A stretch of 64,000 nucleotides of DNA from Nitrospirota bacterium (lineage in GTDB: Bacteria > Nitrospirota > UBA9217): the NCBI GenBank assembly GCA_963751455.1, contig CAVVUN010000006.1:96001-160000 (forward strand), in the 5' to 3' direction. The position numbers and the translations under genes were made by a program. The notes under the pieces were generated by a model. The model was given only the letters and a program-made list of their open reading frames with translations. It had not been told where the DNA came from and ran no database searches. Shown here piece by piece: positions 40,269 through 51,145 of the stretch; within the stretch, counting starts at the first letter, position 1, and every line of letters begins with the position of its first letter.

Positions 40269-40709
40269 CTATGCCCGGATCAACAGGATCAGGTAGATCG
40301 CTAGCGCCAGCAGACTCAGCACGCTCCGGACAGCATGAACCCTGTTCCACTTTATCAGCAACATTCGGGTTTCGGCTGAGGCAAGGTCGCGCCCGGGCTC
40401 CAGGAGCTGGTGATTGATGGGCATGACCGCGATGAACGTGAAGGGCACGACTAGGCCGATCAGCATTGCGCCGGCAAACCACATAATGCCGCCGCCGAGC
40501 AGCGAAGCAGAAATGCCGGCAAGGAAGCTCACAACGGCCAATGGCGCCTGCATGACTGTCACGCGTTTATAGCTTGGGGCCCAGACTGTGGCAGCGATCC
40601 GCGTGCCGCAACTCATACGTGCGGGATGCTCGACAAAATTAATGTATATTGCCGCCCCTGAAAAAATATCGCAAGTTATGGCGGCGACAAACTGACCGAG
40701 GTGAAGCAT
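40269..40709 (-). CDS. DUF1772-family membrane protein
   Basis: YINFVEHPAR, WAPSYKR, W...HAVRSVLS. Confidence 0.85.
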   Translation of the reverse strand: MLHLGQFVAAITCDIFSGAAIYINFVEHPARMSCGTRIAATVWAPSYKRVTVMQAPLAVVSFLAGISASLLGGGIMWFAGAMLIGLVVPFTFIAVMPINHQLLEPGRDLASAETRMLLIKWNRVHAVRSVLSLLALAIYLILLIRA

Positions 40710-40752
40710 ATCCTGTTCCTCAACTTGGAGCTGCACTCTCAGGAAGAACCGG

Positions 40753-40992
40753 TCATCTGCTCGTCTTTATTGGTCCCGGGCACTTTATGGATTTCATATA
40801 CCAGAACAGCATTCCCAGGCTGATAACAAAGAGACTTGCAAATATCACGACCTGCGGCACGATTGCCGGTTGTCCTTGTCGTATCATGAACCCAACCATT
40901 GACAGGATTGCCAGAACCAGAAGCACGAGATAGGAAAGAATTGCCCCGGCAAGCGTGTATCCCAGGGCCTGCCGCCGCCAGAGGCCGGTCAT
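40753..40992 (-). pseudogene. C-terminal fragment of a membrane protein
   Basis: LWRRQALGYTLAG plus two TM helices, no convincing start. Confidence 0.45.
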
Positions 40993-41037
40993 TTTCATGG
41001 ATCGTCCTGCTGATGTTTTGTCCCTCCCCCGGACTTC

Positions 41038-41487
41038 CTATCCAGATGCCGAGGCTTCAAGCAATAACGATGCATTTTTAAATCGGCCCGGAGCATGGGT
41101 GAAATCTCCCCGCAGCAGCTTCAATGCAGAACGCTCGGCATTGATTTCAGCCGCCGTCCTGATACCGAGTCTTCTCAAGAACGGTACAGGGGGGCACCAT
41201 CCCTGGAAGGCTTGTTGAAGCAGGAAGGCGGCGGCCACTGCCGACAGCAACAGCCATTTTTTGCTCACGGCGATGCTCAGGCCTAGTCCCGTCAGTGAAA
41301 GTACGGCTGCATTCGCCTCAAGCGTCCGCTCGATGTCCCACTCGCGTTCAAGCTGCGCGAGGCGCCGGTCAATGTCTTCCCTCGCCCCTGACATAGAGCG
41401 AGCGATAGCAGCTTCGGTTTTTACCCGGATGCGCATATTGGCTTCTTCACCCGTATGGCGAAACGCTCTTGATCGGTGGTCCGGCAT
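41038..41487 (-). CDS. DUF2892-like membrane protein
   Basis: LEREWDIERTLEAN, QGWCPPVPFLRRLGIRT. Confidence 0.8.
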   Translation of the reverse strand: MPDHRSRAFRHTGEEANMRIRVKTEAAIARSMSGAREDIDRRLAQLEREWDIERTLEANAAVLSLTGLGLSIAVSKKWLLLSAVAAAFLLQQAFQGWCPPVPFLRRLGIRTAAEINAERSALKLLRGDFTHAPGRFKNASLLLEASASG

Positions 41488-41500
41488 GATCAACCTCCCT

Positions 41501-42334
41501 TTACGATTTATACATCATCAGTTCCGGCGCATAAGGAGCAACCGCTGCTATGAGGCTTTCCTGTTCTTCCGATGATAGCGGGTTGAAGGAACTTGCGAAC
41601 GCCGCGTTCTGTTCCAGTTGCTCGACATTGTCGCAGCCGATCACAACCGTCGAAACCTGGCGGGAAAGGGCGAAATCGAGGAACGGCTTCATGGAAGTAT
41701 AAAAGGGAAGCTCCGCCGGCAGGCCGCGAAGATACACTTTCATCCCGATGATGCCCATTTTATTTTCGACTGCAAGAGGAAGCACCTCTTCGAGAAAACT
41801 CCCGTAGGCAGGCTCCGCAGGATTGACGGGCATGAGCACTGTATCGAATTCAAAAAGCTCCATGCATTTCCTGATGATAGAAGGATCTGAATGGCCGGTC
41901 ACGCCGATAAAACGCGTGAATCCCTGCTCCCGTGCGGTCATGAAAGCCTGGATAGCGCCATCCGGGCCGAATATTTCTTCAATATCCTCGTCAGTCCTGA
42001 CGTCATGCACCTGCCAGAGGTCCAGGTGGTCCGTCTTCATGTTCTTCAATGTCTGTTGGAGGTGGTTCAGCGCTCCCACACGGCCGCGCGCATGAGACTT
42101 GCTCGTAAGGAATATTTCGCTTCGCCTCTCCTTCAACGCATTGCCGTAATAGGATTCACTCCCCGAGTACGACCGCGCCGATTCACAGTAATTAATGCCG
42201 AGATCCAGGGCGCGGTTGATTAATGCATAGGCTTCTTTCTTTTGCCCGTAAGTCCGAAGCACTCCTTCGCCTCCAAGACCCAGAATGCTTACGTCCACGC
42301 CGGTTTTCCCGAGCGTTCTCCGTTTGATGGTCAT
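41501..42334 (-). CDS. Aldo/keto reductase
   Basis: RTLGKTG, FLTSK, LDLWQVH, FIGVTGH, IIGMK. Confidence 0.93.
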   Translation of the reverse strand: MTIKRRTLGKTGVDVSILGLGGEGVLRTYGQKKEAYALINRALDLGINYCESARSYSGSESYYGNALKERRSEIFLTSKSHARGRVGALNHLQQTLKNMKTDHLDLWQVHDVRTDEDIEEIFGPDGAIQAFMTAREQGFTRFIGVTGHSDPSIIRKCMELFEFDTVLMPVNPAEPAYGSFLEEVLPLAVENKMGIIGMKVYLRGLPAELPFYTSMKPFLDFALSRQVSTVVIGCDNVEQLEQNAAFASSFNPLSSEEQESLIAAVAPYAPELMMYKS

Positions 42335-42723
42335 ATTTCCGATTCTACCACCGGATTAACGGCATATCGAGGATGCCGTACCGGCTGTCGGGCATTAAAA
42401 TGACGGAACAAGGGATGACAGGCCCTAACCGCCTGGAGCAGCTATTATATTTATAAATACAGCATCAAGGAGATGCGGCAGAGCGGGATCGGATGGGACC
42501 AGATTGCAGAGAAGTTGCATCTCGACTTGTCCGATATTGCTGGTTCGCTGAACCGATTTGAAGACGGTACTCACTCCAGAATCAAAGCAGCGCTTGCCGA
42601 ATTTGGTCCGGCAGGCACGGCTGCGGGCGGAACGGATGCAAGCGAGCGATAGAATAGAGGCGGAAGCCGACAGCGATTTCGGCAGTTGCACAGAGGAAAG
42701 AACGAAACTTTACTCCTCACCCC

Positions 42724-44358
42724 TCACGCCTCACGGGCTTGATTCCCCGCTCGTGAAGAAATTGCTGAACTTCCGAAAGCCTTAAGATGCCCGCTCGGGC
42801 GACTATCTTCCTGACGGCTTTTATACGTGGTCAGAACTCCGCCGAAATCCCGCCGAGAAACAACACGAGCGCTGTCAGCGTGACGGGTATCCAGTAAGGC
42901 GGAACTTGCTGCTGTCGACGGGACTCCGGAGATAAGCGATAAGGACGGCCGAGAGTTCCCGGGATCCGCTGTTCCAACCCGGCTGTCCACCTTGAAGAAG
43001 GCGATCGCATCGACGAGACGTCCGGCCTGCGAGGACAGTTCCGCAGCCATGGATGCCATTTCCTCGGCAGCTCCGGCATTCTGCTGGATAACCTGATTCA
43101 GCTGCTGGATTGCAACGTTGATCTGATCCGCTCCGGCCGCCTGCTCTTTGCTCGAAGCACTGATCCCCTGCACGAGTTCGGAGGTCTTCTGAATATCGGG
43201 GACCAGATTACCGATCATTGCCCCCGCAGCTTCGGCAACCTCAACGCTTGTCCGCGAGAGATTGCTTATCTCAGCCGCCGCTACCTGGCTCCGTTCCGCA
43301 AGTTTTCTTACCTCTTTCGCCACCACCGCGAAGCCTTTTCCATGTTCGCCGGCCCGGGCCGCCTCGATCGCAGCATTGAGCGCAAGCAGGTTCGTCTGGC
43401 GGGAGATCTCCTCGACGATTTTGATCTTTTGGGCGATGTCCTTCATCGCGCTCACCCCTTCGGTCACGGCCTTCCCGCTCTCCAAAGCGTCCTGCGCGCT
43501 CTTCAAAGCTATTTTTTCGGTCTCTCCTGCGTTGTCGGCATTCTGCCGGATCGTCGCGTTCATCTCTTCCACGGATGAAGAAGCTTCCTCCGCAGAGGCT
43601 GCCTGTTCGGTGGCTCCCTGCGACATCTGCTCTGAACTGCTTTGTATCACATGGCTCCCCGACGCCACACCCGCGGCTGCCGACTTCACGTCCTCTACCA
43701 CGCCCCTCAGTTTTTCGACCATCGATCCGATCGAAGAGAACAGCATTCCGATCTCGTCGCCCGACCCCTCCGCGGCCTGAGTCAGATCTCCTCCGGCCAC
43801 CTTGCCGACGGCTTCTTTCAACCGGCTGATGGGCCGAACGGCCAGATTCCGGAACAGGATGTAGATGACGAACGAAATGAGCAGCATCGTCCCGGCCGAA
43901 AGGGCGGCCAGGATCGTCTGAGACCTGCCAAGCACACGATCGATATCGCGTGTCGAGTAACCGATCTTCACCGTGCCGATAGGTTCGTTCTGCTGCAGGA
44001 TGGAGCTGGTATACTCCATCGTTTTGCCGAAATTTTTGTCCTCCTTTTTCTCGCTGGTCAATTCATTGCCGTTCTTGTCGAGAACGGTCACGAACACGAT
44101 GTCGTCATCTGCGGCAGACACATAGTGAACGTGATTTTGAAGATACGACAGATTGTAGCTGAGGATCGGCTCGGCGGAGATAGCTGCAAGAAAACGGACC
44201 ACGTTCTCGCCCTTGTCCCGGAGATCCGCCTCAAGCACGCTCTTTTCGTGCAAGCTGATGATCATCCCCATGAGCGCAAAGACCACGAGAAGGGCCGAGA
44301 GAATACCGGCCAGGAATTTTCTGGTCAGCGACCAGTTCTTGATACCTTTTTTCTTCAT
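42724..44358 (-). CDS. Methyl-accepting chemotaxis protein
   Basis: Two [33 protein letters not shown]. Confidence 0.95.
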   Translation of the reverse strand: MKKKGIKNWSLTRKFLAGILSALLVVFALMGMIISLHEKSVLEADLRDKGENVVRFLAAISAEPILSYNLSYLQNHVHYVSAADDDIVFVTVLDKNGNELTSEKKEDKNFGKTMEYTSSILQQNEPIGTVKIGYSTRDIDRVLGRSQTILAALSAGTMLLISFVIYILFRNLAVRPISRLKEAVGKVAGGDLTQAAEGSGDEIGMLFSSIGSMVEKLRGVVEDVKSAAAGVASGSHVIQSSSEQMSQGATEQAASAEEASSSVEEMNATIRQNADNAGETEKIALKSAQDALESGKAVTEGVSAMKDIAQKIKIVEEISRQTNLLALNAAIEAARAGEHGKGFAVVAKEVRKLAERSQVAAAEISNLSRTSVEVAEAAGAMIGNLVPDIQKTSELVQGISASSKEQAAGADQINVAIQQLNQVIQQNAGAAEEMASMAAELSSQAGRLVDAIAFFKVDSRVGTADPGNSRPSLSLISGVPSTAASSALLDTRHADSARVVSRRDFGGVLTTYKSRQEDSRPSGHLKAFGSSAISSRAGNQAREA

Positions 44359-44387
44359 GCCGCTACCCTCCTGTTCTCAAAATTTAA

Positions 44388-44588
44388 TAAATTCATAAAA
44401 AGATCAATCTACCACGGAGGCACAGCCTGCACTCGCGCTGTGCACTCGTAGCACCGGGTGCAGGCTGGCCGAGGGCAAAGGCACGGAGAAAAACCAGGTA
44501 TGCATTAAAGTCTTTTACTCTGTGTTCCTACCTCTACGAACCTTCACTTGTGTCTCTGTGGTAAAATCCGACTTTTTACGACTTCATC
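44388..44588. mobile_element. MITE with nested ACCACGGAG periodic hairpin and a 41-bp CCTGCA repeat
   Basis: Right TIR GACTTTTTACGACTTCATCA, degenerate left TIR, AAATT on both flanks; insert 44425-44465. Confidence 0.6.
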
Positions 44589-44641
44589 AAAATTGCTTTG
44601 CGAACGACCCGGGCTTAGCCGAAGGAATCGCTCTTCCCCTG

Positions 44642-45493
44642 CTACATGCCCCCGGCGATTTTCGCCGCCTTCCGGAGGTCATCGTACTCCTTGTCCGATA
44701 CCGGGATGAAGCCCGTCAACCTTGCCGGTCCCAGAATAGGTTCGTTCTTGGGGTCGTTCGGCTTCAGCTTGAGCAGCGCCGCTTTTACCTTCGCTGCCGT
44801 CTCGGGCTTTAGTTTCTCTGTGGCAAAGAACGGCCAGTTCGGGAAATAATCGGTATAACCGACGATTCTGATCTGCGAGATATCTATTTTGTCCTTGACC
44901 TTCTCCAGTTCGTCTTCGCGAATGCCGCCTGCGTCGGCCGATCTGTCCAGCACCGCCGCAATGACCTTGTCATGCCTCTTGGCAAAGGGAAGAAGGTGGA
45001 TGTCCGTCTTTGCGTCGAACCCCGCCCTGCTGAGCAGGAGGATCTGGAAGAGGTAGCCGGCGGGCGAATCCTTGTCCATGAACACGAACTTCTTCCCCTT
45101 CAGGTCCGGGAGCGCGGTTATACTGCTGTCCTTGCGCACGATAATAATGCCTCTCAGCCTGGTGCCGCTCTTCACTTCCGAGGACAAAGCAAGCGGTTCT
45201 ATATTCGCCGTCTGCTTTGCCTCTACATAGATAAGCGGATTCGCAAAACCGATGTCCATCTGCCCGGCCTTTACCGCTTCCTTGAAGGCCGGGAAGTCCT
45301 TGGGCACCACGATGCTCACCTTTTCCCCGGTCTCCTTCGACAGATACTCGGCGAGTGGCGCAAACATCTGTTGCAGCTCTGCGGCGCTCAAACGCGGCAC
45401 GGTCCCCATCCTGATCTCCGCCGTCGCAACCCCTGAAATCAGCATTCCCGCTGCAAGAAACAAAAAGACGGCACTGCACACCCTGTTTTTCAT
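44642..45493 (-). CDS. PhnD/PtxB-like periplasmic substrate-binding protein (no ABC partners)
   Basis: Signal peptide; FAPLAEYLS, DLKGKKFVFMDKDSPAGYL, HDKVIAAV. Confidence 0.88.
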   Translation of the reverse strand: MKNRVCSAVFLFLAAGMLISGVATAEIRMGTVPRLSAAELQQMFAPLAEYLSKETGEKVSIVVPKDFPAFKEAVKAGQMDIGFANPLIYVEAKQTANIEPLALSSEVKSGTRLRGIIIVRKDSSITALPDLKGKKFVFMDKDSPAGYLFQILLLSRAGFDAKTDIHLLPFAKRHDKVIAAVLDRSADAGGIREDELEKVKDKIDISQIRIVGYTDYFPNWPFFATEKLKPETAAKVKAALLKLKPNDPKNEPILGPARLTGFIPVSDKEYDDLRKAAKIAGGM

Positions 45494-45518
45494 ACTTCCT
45501 CCTTTTCATGCAGAAATG

Positions 45519-46919
45519 CTAAGCACTCTTCTTATCGGTCGTGAATCTGTCCGGCTGCGGGCCGGGTCTCGCCGGTTTCCTCTGAAACGCGAGCAGCGGC
45601 AGATAGATCCTGAAACGGGTGCCGGAGCCCGGCCGGCTTTCGCAGCGGACAGCTCCCTTATGCTGCTGAATGGTCCCGGCCACGATGGAAAGTCCAAGCC
45701 CCGTGCCGCGTTCCGCCTCCTTCGTGGTGAAGAAAGGCTCGAAGATCCTCTCCCGGGTCTTCTCGTCCATGCCCACGCCGGTGTCGGTGACTGTTATTAC
45801 CGCGCAGTGTTCACGCATCGTCAGGGTTGCCTCGTCGAGCAAATCGCCGCTCACGACATCCGTTTCAATGCTCAAAGTGCCTCCGTCCGGCATGGCATCG
45901 CAAGCATTGATCGCGAGGTTTATCAGGACCTGTTCGATCTGGCTCTGATCGGCGTTCACGAGAAGCTGCCGGGCTGCGGTCGATACGCGGAGGTCCGCTT
46001 TGCAACCCATGATCAGGCGGATCAGCTTCCCGGTCCTCTGGATGATCTCGTTGACATCGACGACCCGGAAATCGGTTTCCTGTTTCCTGCCGAATGTAAG
46101 CAGGCTCCGGATCAGCTTTGCAGCCTGGTCCGCGGTAGCCAGGATGTGTTCTGCGAGGCTGTTGGCAGGGTCATCCGGCTTCACACTCGTTGAGAGCAGA
46201 GAGGCATAGCCGACAATTGCCGTCAATATGTTATTGAACTCGTGAACGATGCCGCTCGTCAATTGTCCCATCGCCGCCATCTTCTGCGCCTGTCGCAGCT
46301 GCTGCTCCAGCTGCTTATATTCCGCCACGCCGGATCCGACCGGAACTTCCCGGGCCGACGCGTCCGATCCCTTGAAGGAATCGGCGATATCGGATCGGCA
46401 ACCGTTCTGTTCGATCATCGGCTCCCGGCGCTTTTCAGGGACCGTTCCGACTGCAGCCGCCCGGCGCTGCAGCAGCGATCTTCGAAGGCTGCGGTCGATA
46501 GCGGGAACGAGCCGATCAAGAGAGTCCTTCAGGACGTAATCCCAGCTTCCCCTGGGAAGCAGTTCGCGGGCACGAGCTTCATCGGGACGGCTTGCCAGGA
46601 GGATCACGGGAACAAACGGCATGCGTAAGCGGAAATAATCGAGGACTTCGGGCAGGTCCAGCGATGGGACGGGGAGATCGATCAGGACGATGTCCCAGTC
46701 CCCGGCGTTGACGGCGAGCTGCAGTTCATCGTTGTTCCGGGCGGAAGTGAACAGGGCGGGGAAGTTCTGCTGTTCCAATTGGGTTTTGATCAGCCGGCAG
46801 CCTCCTTCGTCGGCCGCTATCACCATTACGCTGGCGGACGCTTCTCTACTGCCGTTATCCTGAACGGCCGTCAGACACGGCTGTTGACCCCGGGATTGGA
46901 TTTCTTTACCAAGCGACAT
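45519..46919 (-). CDS. Hybrid receiver-domain / histidine kinase
   Basis: N-terminal REC (DIVLID, DYVLK), HEFNNILT, NACDAM, DTGVGM, GTGLGLS. Confidence 0.92.
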   Translation of the reverse strand: MSLGKEIQSRGQQPCLTAVQDNGSREASASVMVIAADEGGCRLIKTQLEQQNFPALFTSARNNDELQLAVNAGDWDIVLIDLPVPSLDLPEVLDYFRLRMPFVPVILLASRPDEARARELLPRGSWDYVLKDSLDRLVPAIDRSLRRSLLQRRAAAVGTVPEKRREPMIEQNGCRSDIADSFKGSDASAREVPVGSGVAEYKQLEQQLRQAQKMAAMGQLTSGIVHEFNNILTAIVGYASLLSTSVKPDDPANSLAEHILATADQAAKLIRSLLTFGRKQETDFRVVDVNEIIQRTGKLIRLIMGCKADLRVSTAARQLLVNADQSQIEQVLINLAINACDAMPDGGTLSIETDVVSGDLLDEATLTMREHCAVITVTDTGVGMDEKTRERIFEPFFTTKEAERGTGLGLSIVAGTIQQHKGAVRCESRPGSGTRFRIYLPLLAFQRKPARPGPQPDRFTTDKKSA

Positions 46920-47069
46920 GCGGGGATTCTATAGGTTTCCTGCAATCTGTTGTACTACCCGTTTGGGCAGGTAGTATTCGGATTTCACAAAAAAAGTGGG
47001 GATGCGAGGAGCCGGTCCGGTTCCCTCATGCCGGGAGCATGGACCGGCCCTCGATCTTCGTCGCTCTTG

Positions 47070-47337
47070 CTAGTACAGCGTAAACATAATCGCTAATAGT
47101 TCCACGCAGTCATTCCGGTGCGCTTTACGGCGACCAAGCCAGAATCAAAAAGATTGAACCGCGAGGGCGCAAAGGACGCCAGGAAGGCTGACATAGTACG
47201 GGAATTTTGCTTTCCTCGCGTTCCTCGCTTGCACCCAGCGTTTCGACTGCGAATGCGGGAGTGCAGGGCGCGACTTCGCGGTAAATATTCTATGCCGTTT
47301 TGAGCCTGTATCAAAAATTACTTTTACAGTGCACTAG
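47070..47337 (+). mobile_element. CTAG-flanked MITE family B copy 1
   Basis: CTAG-TACAGCGTAAACATAAT ... ATTACTTTTACAGTGCA-CTAG; direct repeat of 48542-48821. Confidence 0.8.
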
Positions 47338-48398
47338 GTCGTTGCGTATTTTCGATGGGACCTCTCACGGATCTCTTTCAGCAGAGACGCCTGTTTATCG
47401 CGCCTTTCCCGATCTGCCGGGTCTACTGCATCCAGGACCGCCTCCTTGAGACGGTCATTTTCTCTCGTAAACGCCTGGAGCTGCTCGCTCGTGAACGCGA
47501 TCTCCTTGCCCGGCTGCACGAAAATCCTTGGATATCCCAGTTCATCGAGAACCGGACCAGCCACCGATTCGAATATCATAATGTCTTCCTTACCGGCTTC
47601 CTGGAGGAACTTGCGGGTATTTTCCCGCATTACCGGCTTCGTCAGATTGCTCCACAGTTCCGATGCCCCGGCGGTACTCCTGGCCTCGCCGCCGTTCGCA
47701 TACTCGAGCATTTGCGGCCGGTATCCGGCGCCGATGAATGAGCACAGTTTGCGACAGGTTTGCTCCGGATGCCGCGTCAACTCCTCGTAACTGACGCTCA
47801 TGAACCGGCTCCGATCGACCATTCCGGAGATAGCGAGTGCGAGTTTCTGAGTAGCCGTCCATTCCCGGGCGATGTGGTAGAAATGTTTTTCTCCGACCAC
47901 GGCTTTCCGGAAGGAGACAGCAACGTCGCGTCCGTCGCGATAGAGATAGATGTATCGCGGATCTTCGAAATGGAAATCGATATCATGAAAATAATTGATG
48001 TTCGCGAGGCTTTTGCAGCACCAGGTTCTTGCCCCCTGGGATTCCGCGTACATGTCGTACAGAGCTCCGTGGATTGCAACCAGCGCCTGTCTGGGCATGG
48101 AGAGCACCTGGGCCGCATGCACGGGATCGACCGGGAGCGACCGCTCCGCCACCTCGACCCGATCAAGGCTGACGCCGGCCCAGGCCACGGGATTCAGTTC
48201 GACGAGCCTGCAGACGTCGTCCACCAGTTGGTTGAACGCGTCCTCCCGGGTCAGCTCGCCGTACAGGGGCAGAACCGTCATCATCCGCTGCAGAATGTGC
48301 GGAGGGTGCGGCGCCGCGATCTCCGGGAGCTGATTCAGCATCAGGCGAAGCAGGTTTGAACCGGACCGTTGCGTACCGATCATGAAAATTGGATGCAT
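47334..48398 (-). CDS. PAPS-dependent sulfotransferase
   Basis: 5'-PSB IGTQRSGSNLL, 3'-PB YRDGRDVAVS, SYEEL. Confidence 0.92.
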   Translation of the reverse strand: MHPIFMIGTQRSGSNLLRLMLNQLPEIAAPHPPHILQRMMTVLPLYGELTREDAFNQLVDDVCRLVELNPVAWAGVSLDRVEVAERSLPVDPVHAAQVLSMPRQALVAIHGALYDMYAESQGARTWCCKSLANINYFHDIDFHFEDPRYIYLYRDGRDVAVSFRKAVVGEKHFYHIAREWTATQKLALAISGMVDRSRFMSVSYEELTRHPEQTCRKLCSFIGAGYRPQMLEYANGGEARSTAGASELWSNLTKPVMRENTRKFLQEAGKEDIMIFESVAGPVLDELGYPRIFVQPGKEIAFTSEQLQAFTRENDRLKEAVLDAVDPADRERRDKQASLLKEIRERSHRKYATT

Positions 48399-48541
48399 AC
48401 TGTTATTTCCTCCTTGATTGCGAGAGTTGGTCATTTGTTAGTCATTCCGGGCTTGCGGCAAAACAATAATTTCGTCATTCCCGCGAAAGCTGGAATCCAG
48501 TGTTTCAAAGGAAAGTCGCTGGATATTGGGCGATGAATCTT

Positions 48542-48821
48542 CTAGTACAACGTAAACCTAGTTGTTAATAGTTCCACGACGTCATTACGGTGTGCTTTAA
48601 GCCAACAAGCCGGAACTAAAAAGATTGAACCGCGAGGGCGCAAAGGTCGCCAGGAAGGCAATACTATCCTGTGGCATATTACGGGAATTTCGCTTTCCTC
48701 GCGTTCCTCGCGACTTCGCGGTAAATGTTCCTGCCGTTTTGAGAGGAATTCGATTTGTAACTGACTACTGGACCCGGCTAAAGGTGCAATACAATCAAGA
48801 ATTAGTTTTACAGTGCACTAG
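48542..48821 (+). mobile_element. CTAG-flanked MITE family B copy 2
   Basis: CTAG-TACAACGTAAACCTAGT ... ATTAGTTTTACAGTGCA-CTAG. Confidence 0.8.
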
Positions 48822-48856
48822 TATCTTTGTCTCCCGGCGCAGGCTGAAGCCTGCGG

Positions 48857-49663
48857 CTACACACCGGCCGATCCCGGGCTGAAAGCGAGGGACTCCACGG
48901 CGCGGGGCTGCGAAGCGACAAAAAAAGGATTGATCAGCTCCTGCTTGTTATAGCGCACCGGAAGGCCGCTTTCGGACTCGACGACCCGTCCTCCGGCCTC
49001 CTCTACGATGATCTGTCCCGCAGCCGTGTCCCACTCCATGGTCGGCCCCAGCCGCGGATAGATATCGGCTGCCCCTTCCGCGACGAGACAGAACTTCAGG
49101 GAGCTTCCGCGGGAAACAAACTGTACTTCCCCGTATCGGTCTCTTACGCGATCCACGTACTCAGCCAGCTGCGGGGTGCCGTGCGACCTGCTCCCCACAA
49201 CAACAAGGCCTTCCCTCCGGTTCGATACCCGGAGCCTTTTTGTGCCTTCCCGATCGAGCTTGAACGCCCCTCCGCCTTTCTGTGCGTAGTACAGCACGCC
49301 GCTGACCGGCACATAGATAACGCCGAGCACGGGCCGGTCCCGATGGATGAGCGCTATATTCACGGTGAATTCCCCGTTCCGGCTGATGAATTCTTTGGTG
49401 CCGTCCAACGGATCGACCAGCCAGTAATATTCCCAGTCCTTACGCTCTTCATAGGGAACATGTCTGCCCTCTTCGCTCATGACGGGAAAGGCAAACTCCT
49501 TGCTCAATTCGGCGGAAAGGATTTCGTGAGACCGGCGGTCGGCGAGGGTCAAAGGACTTCTGTCCTCTTTCCGCTCGACCGCGAAGTCCGAATTGTACAC
49601 CTTCAGAATCGCATCCCCTGCTGCCACCGCAGCAGGTATCAGAACCGACATAGTTACAGTCAT
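48857..49663 (-). CDS. cysQ: 3'(2'),5'-bisphosphate nucleotidase CysQ
   Basis: SPLTLAD, SEE, WLVDPLDGTKEF, GSSLKFCLVAEG, MEWDTAAG. Confidence 0.95.
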   Translation of the reverse strand: MTVTMSVLIPAAVAAGDAILKVYNSDFAVERKEDRSPLTLADRRSHEILSAELSKEFAFPVMSEEGRHVPYEERKDWEYYWLVDPLDGTKEFISRNGEFTVNIALIHRDRPVLGVIYVPVSGVLYYAQKGGGAFKLDREGTKRLRVSNRREGLVVVGSRSHGTPQLAEYVDRVRDRYGEVQFVSRGSSLKFCLVAEGAADIYPRLGPTMEWDTAAGQIIVEEAGGRVVESESGLPVRYNKQELINPFFVASQPRAVESLAFSPGSAGV

Positions 49664-49707
49664 AGGCACTCCTTGAAATAAGAGGTTATTAGACTTAGCT
49701 TTCGCTT

Positions 49708-49912
49708 TTCCAGACACCCCTGCATCCCGCGAACAGCGTCCGTGCTTTACATGACCGGCAGCAGGGACGGTAAATCACAAACCATGCATGTGCGTGCGAA
49801 GCGCAGCGAAGCTCAGCACTCTGAACCAAACTGAAAGTACACGTACAATCGAAATTTCACTGGCATGTCTGCACGGCGATGTGAGCGGCGGTGCAGAAAA
49901 AAATCAAGGATC
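49708..49912 (+). repeat. About 200-bp self-complementary repeat element, copy A
   Basis: Inverted relative to 51802-51998; 44 nt identical (GTCCGTGCTTTACATGACCGG...TCACAAA). Confidence 0.8.
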
Positions 49913-49978
49913 CTGAACAGCCTGGCATGAAGTAAAGATCTTATTTCTTTTCACCTCCCCTTCGCGTCCTGATCTCGG

Positions 49979-51145
49979 CTAATAGAACAGGACGCCTGCA
50001 ACGCCGGCGATCGGTATGACCCACGCTGTTTCCACTTTGAACTTCAGCAACGCGACCAGCGCCGCCGCAAAAATTGCGATTGAGACCAAATTCGGTTGGG
50101 CTGTCCTGGCGATGACGACTACGGCCGCGGTTATCATGCCGAGCACGCCGGACCGGATGCCGCGCAGGGCCGCAAGGACCGGGACCGATTGTTTGATCCG
50201 GTCCAGAAACCGGGTGCAGAGGAGCATGACGACGGCAGGCGGTCCGAACATGCCTGCTGTTGCAGCAACAGCGCCCAAGAGCCCCGCGACCTTGTACCCG
50301 ATGAAAACGGAACTGATGAGGATAGGGCCGGGCATTATCTGGCCGAGGGCGATGCCATCCAGGAATTCCTTGCGCGTGACCCATCCGTATCCGTCCACCA
50401 CGACCTGCTGCATGAGCGGAATAAAGACATAACCGCCGCCGAACAGGAGCAGGCTCATGCTTCCGAACGTTGCGAAGAGCTTTCCGGCGACCGCTATGTT
50501 CGTTCCCATCAAGGGCATTGACAGGGCGGGCGATAATGCATTCAGTCGTATTCCGTTCCGTGCGGTCCGATCTCCAGCGACACTTGCCGTTGCGGCCTGT
50601 TCGCCCGGGGCCGTTCCTTGCCTGAAGAGCAGCCATCCGAGCACTGCGCTCACCCCGATGATCCCAACCGTAGTAAAGAAGCCGCGGACCATGATCAGGC
50701 ACAGGCAGGAAGCAGCTGCGATAAGGCCTTCCGGCAAGGTCCTTGTCGTTTTCCTGGCCATGTTCCAGGCTGCGGCCAGAACGACGGCCGCGACTGCCGG
50801 AATAAAACCGTTGAAGAGCTTGCCGACAGCCGGGACCGAGCCCCAGCGAAAATAGGCATCGGTCAGGAGTAGCATCAGCAGAAACGACGGCATCATGACC
50901 GCTGTCGCAGCCACGGCAGCGCCTGCCCAGCCGCGGATCCGGTACCCGGTATATGCCACGGTATTTACGGCAACGGGCCCGGGAAGAATGGTCGCGAGCG
51001 AAATTCCGTCGAGCATGTCGTCCTGGCTCAGGAGCTTCCTCCGTTCGACCGCGTAGCTCTGCACCTGAGCGATGAGGGCCATGAAGCCGCCGAAGCCGGT
51101 GCTTCCTATTTTCAGGAACAGTTTAAAGAGTTGCCACAGGGTCAT
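49979..51145 (-). CDS. chrA: Long-chain CHR-family (ChrA-like) oxyanion transporter
   Basis: GFGG...LPGP and FGGGY...MPGP duplicated CHR motifs. Confidence 0.9.
   Translation of the reverse strand: MTLWQLFKLFLKIGSTGFGGFMALIAQVQSYAVERRKLLSQDDMLDGISLATILPGPVAVNTVAYTGYRIRGWAGAAVAATAVMMPSFLLMLLLTDAYFRWGSVPAVGKLFNGFIPAVAAVVLAAAWNMARKTTRTLPEGLIAAASCLCLIMVRGFFTTVGIIGVSAVLGWLLFRQGTAPGEQAATASVAGDRTARNGIRLNALSPALSMPLMGTNIAVAGKLFATFGSMSLLLFGGGYVFIPLMQQVVVDGYGWVTRKEFLDGIALGQIMPGPILISSVFIGYKVAGLLGAVAATAGMFGPPAVVMLLCTRFLDRIKQSVPVLAALRGIRSGVLGMITAAVVVIARTAQPNLVSIAIFAAALVALLKFKVETAWVIPIAGVAGVLFY

Noticed and set aside
43642-46193. Long plus-strand ORFs (269 and 313 aa)
   Set aside because: Antisense shadows of the MCP and histidine kinase genes
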